Shown: positions 47,101 through 56,368 of the stretch, in pieces
How the letters are laid out: the number at the start of each line of letters is the position of its first letter
Position numbering within the stretch: the first letter of the stretch is position 1
NCBI GenBank assembly: GCA_023544525.1
Contig: JAMJFU010000001.1
Coordinates: 1,259 to 65,258 of the forward strand
Reading direction: 5' to 3'
DNA length: 64,000 nt
Source of the DNA: Anaerolineae bacterium
GTDB taxonomy: Bacteria > Chloroflexota > Anaerolineae > JAAYZQ01
Position numbers and translations under genes: made by a program
The notes under the pieces: model-generated
What the model saw: the letters and a program-made list of their open reading frames with translations, nothing else
Database searches by the model: none
Told to the model about the DNA's origin: nothing

Positions 47101-50100
47101 AACACCGCTGGTACAGCATCCGGCGCCAGGCCGAAGACGGCCGCTACTACTGGGACTGGACCACCGAGGACATCCCGGTGATGACAACCACCGTGACCAC
47201 AGACAGTGAAGGGCAGGCCGTGGTCGCCTTCACCCCGGAGAAAGCGGGCAGCTATCGTGTGCGTGCCACCGGGCACGACAGCCGGGAGAACGAGATCCGG
47301 AGCAGCGCCTACTTCTGGGTCTGGGGTGGCGACGGATACGTGAGCTGGCGGCAGGAAAGCAACAACCGCATCGAGCTCATCGCCGACAAGGAAGAGTACC
47401 AGGTGGGCGACGTGGCCGAGATCCTGGTGCCTTCGCCCTACACAGGCACGGTGCAGGCGCTGATCACGGTGGAACGAGGCCGTATCATCGAGACCGAGGT
47501 GCGCGAACTGGCCAACAACAGCGAGGTCCTGCGCTTGCCCATCGTCGAGGAGCACGTGCCCAACGTCTTTGTCTCGATCCTCATCGTCCAGGGCTCTGAG
47601 CAGGCAGCCGACGGCCTGGCGACGTTCAAAATGGGGGTCGTCAAGCTGCCGGTTTCCCTGGAGTCCAAGACGCTGAACATCGCCCTCACCCCGGACAAGG
47701 AGATGGAGGCAGGTGAGCATTACGCCCCCCGCCAGACGGCGACCTACGACGTGCTGGTGACCGACAACGAGGGCAGCCCTGTCGAAGCCGAACTGTCGCT
47801 GCGCCTGGCCGACCTGGCCGTGCTGGCCCTGGCAGACGAGCCCGGGCAGACGCTGTTGGAGACATTCTGGCGCAACCGGGGCCTGGGCGTCAAAACCAGC
47901 ACGCCGCTGATCGTTGCAATGGAGCCCTTCAACCGCGAGATCGCGCCCCGCACCAAGGGTGGGGGTGGTGACGAAGGGGAGGGGCTGCTGCGCAGCCGGT
48001 TTGCCGATACGGCTTTCTGGGATGCGGCAGTGCGGACCGACGAGGACGGCCAGGCACAGGTGACGGTGCAGCTGCCCGACAACCTGACCACCTGGCGCAT
48101 GCAGGCCCGGGGCATCACCGCCGACACCAGGGTGGGCCGGGCGGAGGTGGATGTGCTGAGCACCCTCGACCTGCTGGTGCGACCTGTTCTGCCACGCTTC
48201 TTTGTGGTTGACGACGAAGTGGAGATCGCCACCGTGGTCCACAACAACACCGGCGAGGCGTTGGAGGCACAGGTCAACATTAGCCTGGAAGGCCTGGCCC
48301 TCGAGGGCCCAAGCAGCCAGGCGGTCAACATCGGCCCAGGCGGCCAGGTGAGGGTGGCCTGGCCGGTGACAGCGCTGGGCGGCAGCCAGGCCCAGGCAGA
48401 CGGCAGCCAGCAGGTGAACGTGCGGATGTGGGCCAGCGCGGGCGACCTCTACGACGGGCGTGAGGACAGCTTGCCGCTGTACCATTACTCCTCGCCAGAG
48501 GTGGTGGCCACGGCCGGCATGCTATCCGAGCCGGGGCTCCGGCAGGAGGTCATCCAATTGCCGCGGACCTTTGACCCCAACCAGGGCGAGCTCAGCGTGC
48601 AACTGGATGGCTCTCTGACCGCCGCCACGCAAGATGCGCTCGACTACCTGGAGCATTACCCCTACGAATGCGTCGAGCAGACGGTCAGCCGTTTCTTGCC
48701 CAATGTAGCCACGTGGCAGGCCCTGGATGAGATGGGCCTGGAGCGCCCAGAGTTGCGCCAAAAGCTGGCCCAGATGGTAGGCGTGGCGCTGCAGCGGATC
48801 TATGCCCAACAGCACTACGACGGCGGCTGGGGTTGGTGGGTCAACGACGAGAGCAACCCATACCTGGCGGCCTATGTCCTGCAGGGCATGCTGGAGGCCC
48901 ATCGTGCCGGTTTTGTCGTGGACCAGGGGTCTATGGACAAGGCTGCCGGCTACCTGCGGGAGAAACTGCCCTCGGTCGGGCGCGTCGACCTGAATTGGGA
49001 GGCAAACCGCCTGGCCTATGAGCTGTACGTCCTGGCTGAATATACAAGCACCTTCGACGAGCAGAGCAGGGGTGAACTTGGGCTGGCCATCCGCCTGTTC
49101 GAGAAACGGCACCTTCTGGATCACTACGGGCAGGCGACCCTGGCCATGGCCCTGAGCTTGTTGGAGCCGGATGAACCGCAGCGGGCCCAGACCTTGCTCG
49201 AGGACCTGAGCGGCGCCGCCGTCCTGAGCGCCACGGGCACCCACTGGGAAGAGGCCGAGCCCGATTATTGGAACATGAACACCGATGTGCGGACGACGGC
49301 CATCGTGCTCTGGGCGCTGTCCCACCTGCAGCCAGAGGATCAGCTCCTGCCGGGTACCGTCCGCTGGCTGATGGCCATCCGCGAGGAAGGGCACTGGGCC
49401 TCGACACAGGACAATGCCTGGTCGCTCCTGGGGCTGGTGGCGTACATGCGTGCCAGTGGTGAGCTGCAAGGGGATTTCACCTATAGCCTGAGCCTCAACG
49501 GCCAGCAGATGGCCATGGGAGAGGTTTCAGCGGAGAATATCGACGAGAGCCAGCAACTGCAGATCGAGATCGGCCGGCTCCTGGTGGAGGAGGGCAACCG
49601 GCTCGTGATCGAGCGCCAGGCGCCTGCGGCAGGCCAGACAGGTGAGGGCCAGCTCTACTACTCGGCCTACCTGCGCTACTACCTGCCTGCGGAACAGATC
49701 CAGGCACTGGACAGGGGCATCGTCGTCGCCCGCCAGTACAGCCCGGCCGAAACAGAGGCGGGAGGGGTCGCCCGGTACGTCGATACGGCACAGGTGGGCG
49801 ACGTGATCCAGGTCAAGCTGACGCTCATCGCCCCCACCGACCTGTACTACGTGGTGGTCGAAGATCCTCTGCCCGCCGGCTTTGAGGGGGTGGACCTCAG
49901 CCTGAAGACAACCAGCGTGGTTGGAGAACAGCCCACCCTGCGCAACTTGACGGCAGAGGAGGAGGACCGCTGGTATCGTTGGTATGGTTGGGGATGGTGG
50001 TGGTTCTCCCATTCAGAGATGCGGGATGAGAAAGTGGTGCTCTTTGCCGAATACCTGCCCCGGGGTAGCTACGAGTATACCTACCTGATGCGCGCCGGTG

Positions 50101-50207
50101 TGCCGGGCGAGTTTCACGTCACGCCGACGACCGCCTATGCCATGTATGCCCCAGAGGTCTTTGGCCGGAGCGATGGAGGCATGTTCACGGTAGAACCGGC
50201 TGATTGA
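44127..50207 (+). CDS. Alpha-2-macroglobulin family lipoprotein (bacterial A2M/YfhM-like), 2026 aa
   Basis: Lipobox LLGAC at N-terminus, repeated MG-domain-like segments, thioester-region motif YECVEQ, TED/receptor-binding-like C-terminus. Confidence 0.8.
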   Translation: MSRRMTLFMNGGLFLFLIVLLLGACGSPTPGVTPTPGEPTATIPPTETPLPTSTPMPLPAPGLLFRSPAPGEEQPLQEPIELTFDQPMDRASVEAALTISPTLGGRLTWLDDRTVSFVPDRELERGARFRVTVDDRAENVEGKPLEEAVSFEFSTVGFLEVSQVMPAPGSEDLDPDTVVTVVFNRPVVPLTAINRQDELPQPLTFVPPVRGSGEWLNTSIYLFRPEEGLLPATQYKARVAAGLTDTSGAVLEEDYTWEFATVLPAILAVAPPEGFAQVGPTDAISVTFNQPMDHASVQAHFTLETDLEAVQGAFQWKGGEKAVDPETMLFVPDEPLPRDTAFVARVSTGVQARAGNAGTQAEKRWSFSTVKQPGIVKASPPDGARGVAPGQRLSITFASPMQTKGFLDYLTILPAATEVYTSWSENDTHVEIDFQGKPAMTYQFTLRAATPDRYGAPLGSAARIRFTTGDLSPIASLTTIDRLGTVSAYTDTVVYATYRNVSSLRIRLYRLSLRTFMDLNTRWEAWDEFVPNEDELVRAWSRRVQAPRNEARLARLLLVDGEGDPLPPGLYYVQLTAPEIQSLSTTSSKLSRYMFVKSRLNLTLKQTRSEALVWATDLASGQPVADLPVDFYSATDQITGSGRSDPDGLALVPDLPMEDLWSPFFAVAGEPGAEGFGIAFNGWEQGINPWDFGVDSEFWASDYQGYLYTDRPIYRPGQTVYFKGIVRADDDAQYRLPEEIDALQVHVNDAQGKELYRKVLNLSDMGTFYDQLVLDGEATLGDYFLEVQDPEHELYAGTSFRVAEYKSPEFQVSVTTARDAYLNGESINTTAEATYYFGGPVAGADVHWSVLSNDYYFQYDCPQGQDCPWYSWSDFEWGEYPEGEFYGGYGRLVGEGDGETDAEGRVTFRVPANLANDAQSQVLTLEASVTDINDQQVSSRTATIVHKGEFYIGVAPRGYLARVGEEKEVDLLTVDWDSQPVAGVDLTAVVMEHRWYSIRRQAEDGRYYWDWTTEDIPVMTTTVTTDSEGQAVVAFTPEKAGSYRVRATGHDSRENEIRSSAYFWVWGGDGYVSWRQESNNRIELIADKEEYQVGDVAEILVPSPYTGTVQALITVERGRIIETEVRELANNSEVLRLPIVEEHVPNVFVSILIVQGSEQAADGLATFKMGVVKLPVSLESKTLNIALTPDKEMEAGEHYAPRQTATYDVLVTDNEGSPVEAELSLRLADLAVLALADEPGQTLLETFWRNRGLGVKTSTPLIVAMEPFNREIAPRTKGGGGDEGEGLLRSRFADTAFWDAAVRTDEDGQAQVTVQLPDNLTTWRMQARGITADTRVGRAEVDVLSTLDLLVRPVLPRFFVVDDEVEIATVVHNNTGEALEAQVNISLEGLALEGPSSQAVNIGPGGQVRVAWPVTALGGSQAQADGSQQVNVRMWASAGDLYDGREDSLPLYHYSSPEVVATAGMLSEPGLRQEVIQLPRTFDPNQGELSVQLDGSLTAATQDALDYLEHYPYECVEQTVSRFLPNVATWQALDEMGLERPELRQKLAQMVGVALQRIYAQQHYDGGWGWWVNDESNPYLAAYVLQGMLEAHRAGFVVDQGSMDKAAGYLREKLPSVGRVDLNWEANRLAYELYVLAEYTSTFDEQSRGELGLAIRLFEKRHLLDHYGQATLAMALSLLEPDEPQRAQTLLEDLSGAAVLSATGTHWEEAEPDYWNMNTDVRTTAIVLWALSHLQPEDQLLPGTVRWLMAIREEGHWASTQDNAWSLLGLVAYMRASGELQGDFTYSLSLNGQQMAMGEVSAENIDESQQLQIEIGRLLVEEGNRLVIERQAPAAGQTGEGQLYYSAYLRYYLPAEQIQALDRGIVVARQYSPAETEAGGVARYVDTAQVGDVIQVKLTLIAPTDLYYVVVEDPLPAGFEGVDLSLKTTSVVGEQPTLRNLTAEEEDRWYRWYGWGWWWFSHSEMRDEKVVLFAEYLPRGSYEYTYLMRAGVPGEFHVTPTTAYAMYAPEVFGRSDGGMFTVEPAD

Positions 50208-50562
50208 GGTCAGAAAACCTCGGCGATCCTGAATCTGGAGCATAGACCTGACAGGTTGATGGCAGGCCGGCAGGATCCTGCGTCTGTGTCGTCCTTGGGG
50301 GGACGCGGGTCCAGCAACTTATGCGAAAAAACCTGTCAGGTCTGGCGGAGGACTAGTTCTCCCGGCATAGGCCAGCCAGGGCAGGGGCCAGGCCCCGGGC
50401 AAGGATCGACACGATTCAGGTGCCAGGCGGTGCGACACGGCCTGGCACCCCGTCCCTGACCTCTCTGCGCGCTGGTCGCAATCCACCAAGAAGGTGTGGA
50501 ATGCTTTGAAAAGACGATAGTTGGATCAAAAGCGCAAGATAGGGACTACTCCCCGCGGGGTA

Positions 50563-50591
50563 TTGCCAAATCAGCATTTATGGTGTATACT
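50563..50591 (+). promoter_or_regulatory. Promoter TTGCCA-17-TATACT for Flp pilin gene
   Basis: Sequence motifs ~55 nt upstream of ATG. Confidence 0.4.
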
Positions 50592-50646
50592 GGCATTGAA
50601 GCGTGGCTCCCTCACCCTCAGCGTAGGAGGAAGGAGGTGGTACACC

Positions 50647-50796
50647 ATGATCTTCTTGCCAGGTGAGGAGGGGCAAGGGCTGGTTGAGTACGCGTTAATT
50701 CTTCTTTTTATTGCGATCGCTGTCATCGCCATCTTGGTAATCGTTGGCCCCGCGGTTGGGAACATGTACAGCTCGGTGGTCGACGCGTTCCCGTAG
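50647..50796 (+). CDS. flp: Flp/Fap-family pilin precursor (49 aa)
   Basis: Leader ...GQG / LVEYALILLFIAIAVIAIL matches Flp prepilin G-x-x-x-x-EY motif; very strong AGGAGGAAGGAGG RBS. Confidence 0.75.
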   Translation: MIFLPGEEGQGLVEYALILLFIAIAVIAILVIVGPAVGNMYSSVVDAFP

Positions 50797-50830
50797 GGAG
50801 CGCAAACACAGCCCAATGCCCTGCAGGAGC

Positions 50831-50866
50831 GCCCTCGCCTTCTTTGGCGAGGGCCTTCTGTTTTTT
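50831..50866 (+). terminator. Rho-independent terminator after flp
   Basis: GCCCTCGCC-TTCTTT-GGCGAGGGC followed by CTTCTGTTTTTT. Confidence 0.7.
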
Positions 50867-50880
50867 ATGGCACCAAACGG

Positions 50881-51678
50881 CTATCCACCCGCGAGGAGCA
50901 TGCCGTAGGCGTCCGGCCGCCTGTCGGCGAACAGGTCGTTGCGCGCCGTGATCTTTTTGTCGCGGGCCAGCCCAACGTCCGCATCTACCACCGTGACGGC
51001 TTCCTCCGCGGGTGGAGCCTGGGCCAGCAGGTCGCCCTTGGGATCGGCGATGGTGGACATTCCGGTGAAGGTCAGGTCCCCCTCTGATCCGATGCGGTTG
51101 GCGGTGACGACATAGACCCGGTTGGTGAGCGCGCGGATGGGGACGGCGCGCTGGGCCAGGCCGGGCAGGACGAGATTGGAAGGGTGGCAGATGACGTCGG
51201 CTCCCTTCATGGCCAGGATCCGCCAGGCCTCGGGAAAGATCCAGTCAAAGCAGACCAGCATGCCCAGCCTGCAGGCCCCGATGTCAAATACCGGCAAGCC
51301 CTCGTCCCCCGGCTCGAAAAAGTCCTTCTCGTTCATAAAGAGGTGCAGTTTGCGATAGCGCCCCACGTAGCCATCGGGGCCCACCAGCACCGCCGAATTA
51401 TAGAGGTGGTCCCCCTGCCGCTCGTTAAAGCCCGATACGATATGGAACCCGTGCTCCCGGCAGAGGGAAGCCAGGAGCCGCAGAAAGACACTGTCGCCGA
51501 CCTCCTCGGACGTCCGCCACGCCTCCTCGGCCGAGCGAAAGTTGTAGCCCGAGTTGCACAGCTCAGGCAGGACCAGCAGGCTGGCGCCCGCGGCGCGGGG
51601 GATGAGGCGCTCGAGCGCCTGCATGGTCGCCTCCAGGCGGCCCAATGCCGGAGCGAATTGGACAAAGCCGATCTTCAT
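50881..51678 (-). CDS. Carbon-nitrogen hydrolase family protein (nitrilase/amidase superfamily)
   Basis: E-K-C triad context (LLVLPEL, RKLHLF, MLVCFD); AGGAGG RBS before ATG 51678. Confidence 0.75.
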   Translation of the reverse strand: MKIGFVQFAPALGRLEATMQALERLIPRAAGASLLVLPELCNSGYNFRSAEEAWRTSEEVGDSVFLRLLASLCREHGFHIVSGFNERQGDHLYNSAVLVGPDGYVGRYRKLHLFMNEKDFFEPGDEGLPVFDIGACRLGMLVCFDWIFPEAWRILAMKGADVICHPSNLVLPGLAQRAVPIRALTNRVYVVTANRIGSEGDLTFTGMSTIADPKGDLLAQAPPAEEAVTVVDADVGLARDKKITARNDLFADRRPDAYGMLLAGG

Positions 51679-51924
51679 ACCTGCCTCCTGGGAAGTGTGT
51701 AGCACGATTATACCCCAGGCCAGGATGAATTACAATGGCACATGCGCTTGCTCGCCTGCGAGTCACGGTTGTCGCATTCTCACTTGACACTGTCATGCTG
51801 AACATAGTGAAGCATCTCTTCTGGTCAAGCGAGACCCTTCGCTGGCGCTCAGGGTGACAGATTCGACTCGATGCTCTTGCACAGCGCGAGCCTGCTACAG
51901 CCCTGGCCTATGAGTGACTGATAC

Positions 51925-51953
51925 TTGATGATGACCCTGTCTCGTGGTATAAT
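51925..51953 (+). promoter_or_regulatory. Promoter TTGATG-17-TATAAT for rnpB
   Basis: Hexamers at 51925-51930 and 51948-51953. Confidence 0.4.
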
Positions 51954-51959
51954 TCTATC

Positions 51960-52480
51960 AGACTAGATGGGTGAGCCGCCGCTGGAAAGTTGCCTGCTGG
52001 AGACAGTGGGTAGCACTCCAGAGGAACTTCCCGACTCCCAGTCCGGCTGCTGATGGCGACATCAGGGGCAGGACAAGGTCGCCCGACGAAACGGCAAGTG
52101 GGGGCAGGCCGGCGAGAGCCGCGTCCTGACTACAACCGCAACAGAAAACATTCCCGCCCGGCCCAAACGGGCCCGGGTCAGGGGCGAACCGGTGGGGTAA
52201 GAGCCCACCAGCGGTCGTGGCGACACGGCCGGCTAGGCGAGCGTACGACCGGGAGCAAGGCGAGTGGGCCGGGGAGGCGCGGTTGGCTTTTGGGCCAGCC
52301 AAGCTCTTCGGTCTCGTCGCAGCGGCGACGGTGAGGCCGGGCAACACCTGGCAAGCCAGGAGTCGCCACCCCGCCCTGCGGGGTGAGACAGATGGCGGCA
52401 GGGTTGGTCCAGAGGCACGTCCTGGTCACGGCCAGGAAGCGCCCCAGGGACCTGCCTTACAGAATCGGGGGTATGATCTC
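51960..52480 (+). ncRNA. rnpB: RNase P RNA (bacterial type A)
   Basis: Matches M1 RNA conserved blocks: AGGAACUUCCCGACUCC (P4 5'), GCAACAGAAAACA, GGUGGGGUAAGAGCCCACC, GGAGCAAGGC, ACAGAAUCGGGGG (P4 3'); ends approximate. Confidence 0.75.
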
Positions 52481-52500
52481 ATCTGGTCCATGGGGTAAGA

Positions 52501-52587
52501 GCCGACGTGGCGGAAATGGCAGACGCGACAGACTTAGGATCTGTTACCCTTCGGGGTGTGGAGGTTCAAATCCTCTCGTCGGCACCA
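52501..52587 (+). tRNA. tRNA-Leu (anticodon TAG), long variable arm, CCA encoded
   Basis: Acceptor GCCGACG/CGTCGGC, anticodon stem ACAGA/TCTGT, loop CTTAGGA, T-loop TTCAAAT. Confidence 0.85.
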
Positions 52588-52632
52588 GCTATCCTGGCTT
52601 TCCGACCTGGCGTCGGTGATGGCGAATGACAA

Positions 52633-52707
52633 GGGCCCGTGGCCTAGCGGGAAGGCGCCTGCTTTGCACGCAGGAGATCGCCGGTTCGAATCCGGCCGGG
52701 TCCACCA
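52633..52707 (+). tRNA. tRNA-Ala (anticodon TGC), CCA encoded
   Basis: Acceptor GGGCCCG with G3:U70 alanine identity pair, anticodon loop TTTGCAC, T-loop TTCGAAT. Confidence 0.85.
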
Positions 52708-52785
52708 ATCGAAGTGGGAGAGACCGAGAAGGGCAGCGGAGAGCACGTCGCTGCCCTTCCCCATACCTGGACGAGGAGATGTGGT

Positions 52786-53208
52786 ATGGTAGATTCAGGG
52801 CCCCGCTCGGCGCTTTTTGCCGGCCTGGTGTACGACGACCAGGGCAAGCCCGTCGACGCGGTCATGGTGGGCGATGTGCCTTTCTACGTCGTGGATGACG
52901 ACGGGTTCCGGCGACACGTAGAGGCAGAAGTGGTCGACCGCCGGGTCATCGAAATGCTGCGCGACCAGTTCATGGCCCATCGTGAGATCGCCACCGAGGC
53001 GATGCTCCAGATGCTGGGCAGGGACGACCTGTTTGCCAAGGCGATGGTCGACGCCTCGATTGAGAACATGGATCGTGTCATCGAGTACGGGTTGCCGGAA
53101 GACGCACGAACCTGGCTGGGCATGCTGGGGTTCCGGGTGGTGATCAACCGCCACGGAGAGGTAGAGGATCTCGACATGCCAGAGCAATACGACGAGTTCG
53201 GCGGCTAA
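52786..53208 (+). CDS. Hypothetical acidic cytoplasmic protein
   Basis: ORF with GAGGAG RBS 7 nt upstream of ATG 52786; no recognisable motif. Confidence 0.45.
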   Translation: MVDSGPRSALFAGLVYDDQGKPVDAVMVGDVPFYVVDDDGFRRHVEAEVVDRRVIEMLRDQFMAHREIATEAMLQMLGRDDLFAKAMVDASIENMDRVIEYGLPEDARTWLGMLGFRVVINRHGEVEDLDMPEQYDEFGG

Positions 53209-53381
53209 TTGAGAAGCCAGCTAGAGGTCGGACAACCTTCCAGGAAGCTGCAGGAACCGATCCGGTAGAACAGGCGGAGGAATCGGCAGATATCAAGTGT
53301 CAGAATCTGGATCCAAGCTTCCTGGAAGGTTCAGTCGTCCCACTTCTATCCAATTCATCCATCAGACCCGGGTGAACGTGA

Positions 53382-53410
53382 TTGACACCACCAAGGATGT
53401 AGGCTATAAT
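53382..53410 (+). promoter_or_regulatory. Perfect consensus promoter TTGACA-17-TATAAT
   Basis: 53382-53387 TTGACA, 53405-53410 TATAAT, upstream of 53446 gene. Confidence 0.55.
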
Positions 53411-53445
53411 TGGGTCGGCTACACAGCGCCCGAAAGGAAAGATCC

Positions 53446-54021
53446 ATGAAGCGATCCGAGATTCTCTGGTTGGCCTTTGAGAAATTCGCCATATTCTTCT
53501 CCTTCATCGTGACATTCGTGCTCGTGGTTGGCGTTCTGGTGCTGGGCTACGCCCTCTGGCAGGCCGGCCCGCTGTTTGAAGCTGTGGCTGACGGCCTGGT
53601 ATGCGACACTGTCACCGGCGTCAACGACCTCCTAACCGACTTTGAAGACGCGGTCATCACCCGGACCATCTACATCAGCCAGACGATCCCGGTCCAGTTC
53701 GATCTGCCCTTGAATCAAAGGCTTATCGTGAGTTTGACGGACAACGTCCCGCTCTCGCAGCCGGCTACCTACGTATTGCCCGCAGGAGGCGGACGGATCA
53801 ACGGCACGGTGCACCTGCAACTGCCTCGGGGACAGAAATTGCCTGTCCGCATGCAAACCACCGTACCGGTCGACCAACAATTGCCAGTCGAGATGGTCGT
53901 CCCAGTCTCTATTCCCCTGGCAGAGACTGACCTGGGGGCAGTGATCGCCAGACTCAGGGATCTGCTCGCACCACTGCGGCTGCAGGAACTGGAAGAAACT
54001 CTCAACTGCCGCTCTCAATAG
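53446..54021 (+). CDS. Hypothetical membrane-anchored protein (single N-terminal TM, Pro/Val/Gln-rich extracytoplasmic domain)
   Basis: GAAAGGAAAG RBS, hydrophobic helix FAIFFSFIVTFVLVVGVLVLGYAL. Confidence 0.5.
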   Translation: MKRSEILWLAFEKFAIFFSFIVTFVLVVGVLVLGYALWQAGPLFEAVADGLVCDTVTGVNDLLTDFEDAVITRTIYISQTIPVQFDLPLNQRLIVSLTDNVPLSQPATYVLPAGGGRINGTVHLQLPRGQKLPVRMQTTVPVDQQLPVEMVVPVSIPLAETDLGAVIARLRDLLAPLRLQELEETLNCRSQ

Positions 54022-54095
54022 GCATGCGCCCTGGTGCGCAATAGATGCGAGGGGGCTGATCCTACTGGGCGCTAGTACCCATTCCGGAGACACCT

Positions 54096-54527
54096 ATGCC
54101 AGCCATTGCTCGGACCTATGTCAAAGCTGCCTTCCTCTACTTCATAGCCGCCTTTCTGCTCGGTGCCCTCATGACCCTGAACACCTGGCTGGGCTTCAGC
54201 CGTTGGCTCAGGGTGGTCTATCTCAGCCAGCTACATCTGCTCGTGGTCGGCTGGATCACCCAACTGGCCATCGGCGTAGCCTATTGGATCTTCCCGCGTT
54301 TCCGCAAGCAGCAAGCCACGACACCACGGGGCTCTGATGCCCTGGCCTGGGGTGTGTTCCTCTCGCTCAATGCGGGGCTCTTACTGCGGTTCTTCATCGA
54401 GCCATTCCATCTCATCGGACCCCAGCCCTGGTTGGCCGCCCTGCTGTCCCTGGCGGGTATCCTACAGGCTGCAGCCGCCCTGGGCTTTGGCTGGCTTGTC
54501 TGGGGCCGAGTGCGGTCCATGGAGTAG
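54096..54527 (+). CDS. Small 4-TM membrane protein, paralog A
   Basis: Four hydrophobic helices; paralogous to 54537..55004. Confidence 0.55.
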   Translation: MPAIARTYVKAAFLYFIAAFLLGALMTLNTWLGFSRWLRVVYLSQLHLLVVGWITQLAIGVAYWIFPRFRKQQATTPRGSDALAWGVFLSLNAGLLLRFFIEPFHLIGPQPWLAALLSLAGILQAAAALGFGWLVWGRVRSME

Positions 54528-54536
54528 GTACTGGCC

Positions 54537-55004
54537 ATGCCGACCACCTCACGCGTTTATGTAAAGGTATCCATCATCTATCTGGGCGTTGGCGCCGTGC
54601 TGGGTGCCCTGCTCCTGATCAACCGCTGGACACCCCTGGGCTCGTGGGTGCTCGCCCTGAAGGTGAGCCACGTTGAGTTCCTCATTGCCGGCTGGCTGAC
54701 ACAACTGATCTTGGGCGTGGCCTGGTGGCTCTTTCCCCCGCTCAAGATCGGGCTCCGGTCCGGCGAGCCACGAGCGGTCCGGCGTGGTCAGGCTCAACGC
54801 GGAAGTGAGCCCCTATTCTGGGCAACATTCGCCTGCCTCAACCTGGGCATCCTGCTGCGCGGGATCTTTGAGCCGCTCTATGTATGGACCAGGCTAGGCA
54901 CCTTCCAGGTCTTTGCCGCCCTTTCGGGTCTGTTCTTACTGGCCGGAGCCATCACCTTTGTACTGAACATGTGGAACCGTATACGAGCCCTGGGGAAGGA
55001 CTAA
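54537..55004 (+). CDS. Small 4-TM membrane protein, paralog B
   Basis: Shared pattern (YVK..I.Y...A.LGAL.L.N.W...), conserved W/Q/G positions with paralog A. Confidence 0.55.
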   Translation: MPTTSRVYVKVSIIYLGVGAVLGALLLINRWTPLGSWVLALKVSHVEFLIAGWLTQLILGVAWWLFPPLKIGLRSGEPRAVRRGQAQRGSEPLFWATFACLNLGILLRGIFEPLYVWTRLGTFQVFAALSGLFLLAGAITFVLNMWNRIRALGKD

Positions 55005-55024
55005 GGGAAGCGAGGTCATGTATC

Positions 55025-56260
55025 ATGTTTGAGTCGATGTTGACACCCGAGCAGAAACAACTGCGCGATGAGGTGCGCGATTTCGTCAAGTCGGTACCCC
55101 GCCAGCTCATCCTCGACATGGATGCCGACAGGGTCCGGTATCCGCGCGAGTATGTGCAGGAACTCGCCCAACGGCACTTGCTGGGCCTGCGATTCCCGGC
55201 CCAATACGGTGGGCGTGACCTGGGGTGGGTCGACGAGATCATCGCCCTCGAGGAGGTCGGTGTCCTGGGCACCTCCCTGGCCTGCCTCTTTTCGCTGCCC
55301 AGCATCGTCGGCGAGGCACTGCACATCTTTGGCACCCCTGAGCAGAAGGATCGCTGGCTACGGCCGGTGCTAGAAGGCAACCTCACCGTCGCCGAGGCGC
55401 TCACCGAGCCCCGTGGTGGCTCTGACTTTTTCGGCACCACCACAACAGCACGCCGCGAGGGCGACATCTTTGTGCTTGAGGGACAGAAGCGTTTCGTGGT
55501 CGGCGCGGAGGGGGCCGATCTCTTCCTGGTCTATGCCCGGACCGATCTCCAGGCCAAGCCGCACAAAGGCCTGAGCGCCTTTATCGTAGAACGTGGACCC
55601 GGGGTGGACATCGAGCATGTGTACGGGCTGATGGGCACCCGTGGGGGCGGCACCGGTCGCATCTACTTCCGGGACGCACGTGTGCCTGCCCAGAACCTCA
55701 TCGGGCTGGAGAATGGCGCGGCGGCAGTGTTCTATCAGATGATGATCCCAGAGCGCCTGACCAGCGCTGCAGGCGCGTTGGGCATGGCCCGCGCCGCGCT
55801 GGAGGTGGCAGCCCGCTACTCAGATCGCCGCAAGGCATTCGGGGAAAAGATCCGGCGCTTTGAGGGCGTGAGCTTCAAGGTAGCGGACAGCATTACTCAG
55901 CTCGACGCGGCGCGTATGCTGGTCTATGGTGCCGCCCGGGCCGTGGACGCCGGCGACGATCCGGCTCGCTGCCGTCGCCTGGTCTCGGAAGCCAAGAAAT
56001 TCGCCACCGATACGGCCTGGGAGGTAGTCAACCACGCCATGCAGATCCTGGGCGGCATTGGTTACACCAACGTCTATCCCATCGAGCGCCTGCTCCGTGA
56101 TACGCGGCTGATCATGATTTGGACGGGGACTAACGAAGTGATGAACCTTATCATCCAACACGAGTACTACAAAGAGCTGCTGGGCGGGCCTGCCACAGCG
56201 CGCGACGTCGAGGAGGATGCCGCGGAGGCGGAGCGCGATGAGGAAAAGGTGTACGAATAA
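55025..56260 (+). CDS. Acyl-CoA dehydrogenase
   Basis: ACAD N/M/C domain pattern ([24 protein letters not shown]). Confidence 0.85.
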   Translation: MFESMLTPEQKQLRDEVRDFVKSVPRQLILDMDADRVRYPREYVQELAQRHLLGLRFPAQYGGRDLGWVDEIIALEEVGVLGTSLACLFSLPSIVGEALHIFGTPEQKDRWLRPVLEGNLTVAEALTEPRGGSDFFGTTTTARREGDIFVLEGQKRFVVGAEGADLFLVYARTDLQAKPHKGLSAFIVERGPGVDIEHVYGLMGTRGGGTGRIYFRDARVPAQNLIGLENGAAAVFYQMMIPERLTSAAGALGMARAALEVAARYSDRRKAFGEKIRRFEGVSFKVADSITQLDAARMLVYGAARAVDAGDDPARCRRLVSEAKKFATDTAWEVVNHAMQILGGIGYTNVYPIERLLRDTRLIMIWTGTNEVMNLIIQHEYYKELLGGPATARDVEEDAAEAERDEEKVYE

Positions 56261-56368
56261 CTCTGCAACTTGACGGCCTTGTGGAGATGTGCTATACTCC
56301 CCTCACATACCCCCAGGGGGTATCCAGGTAGCGTCAGACAGATCCTATCGCGCCGAGGGGAGACGGCC

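Noticed and set aside
46899-48485. 528-aa minus-strand ORF inside the alpha-2-macroglobulin gene, plus several other >200-aa antisense ORFs (28616-29767, 35466-36506, 43396-44348, 48522-49469)
   Set aside because: All are antisense to strongly supported genes and show no recognisable motifs.
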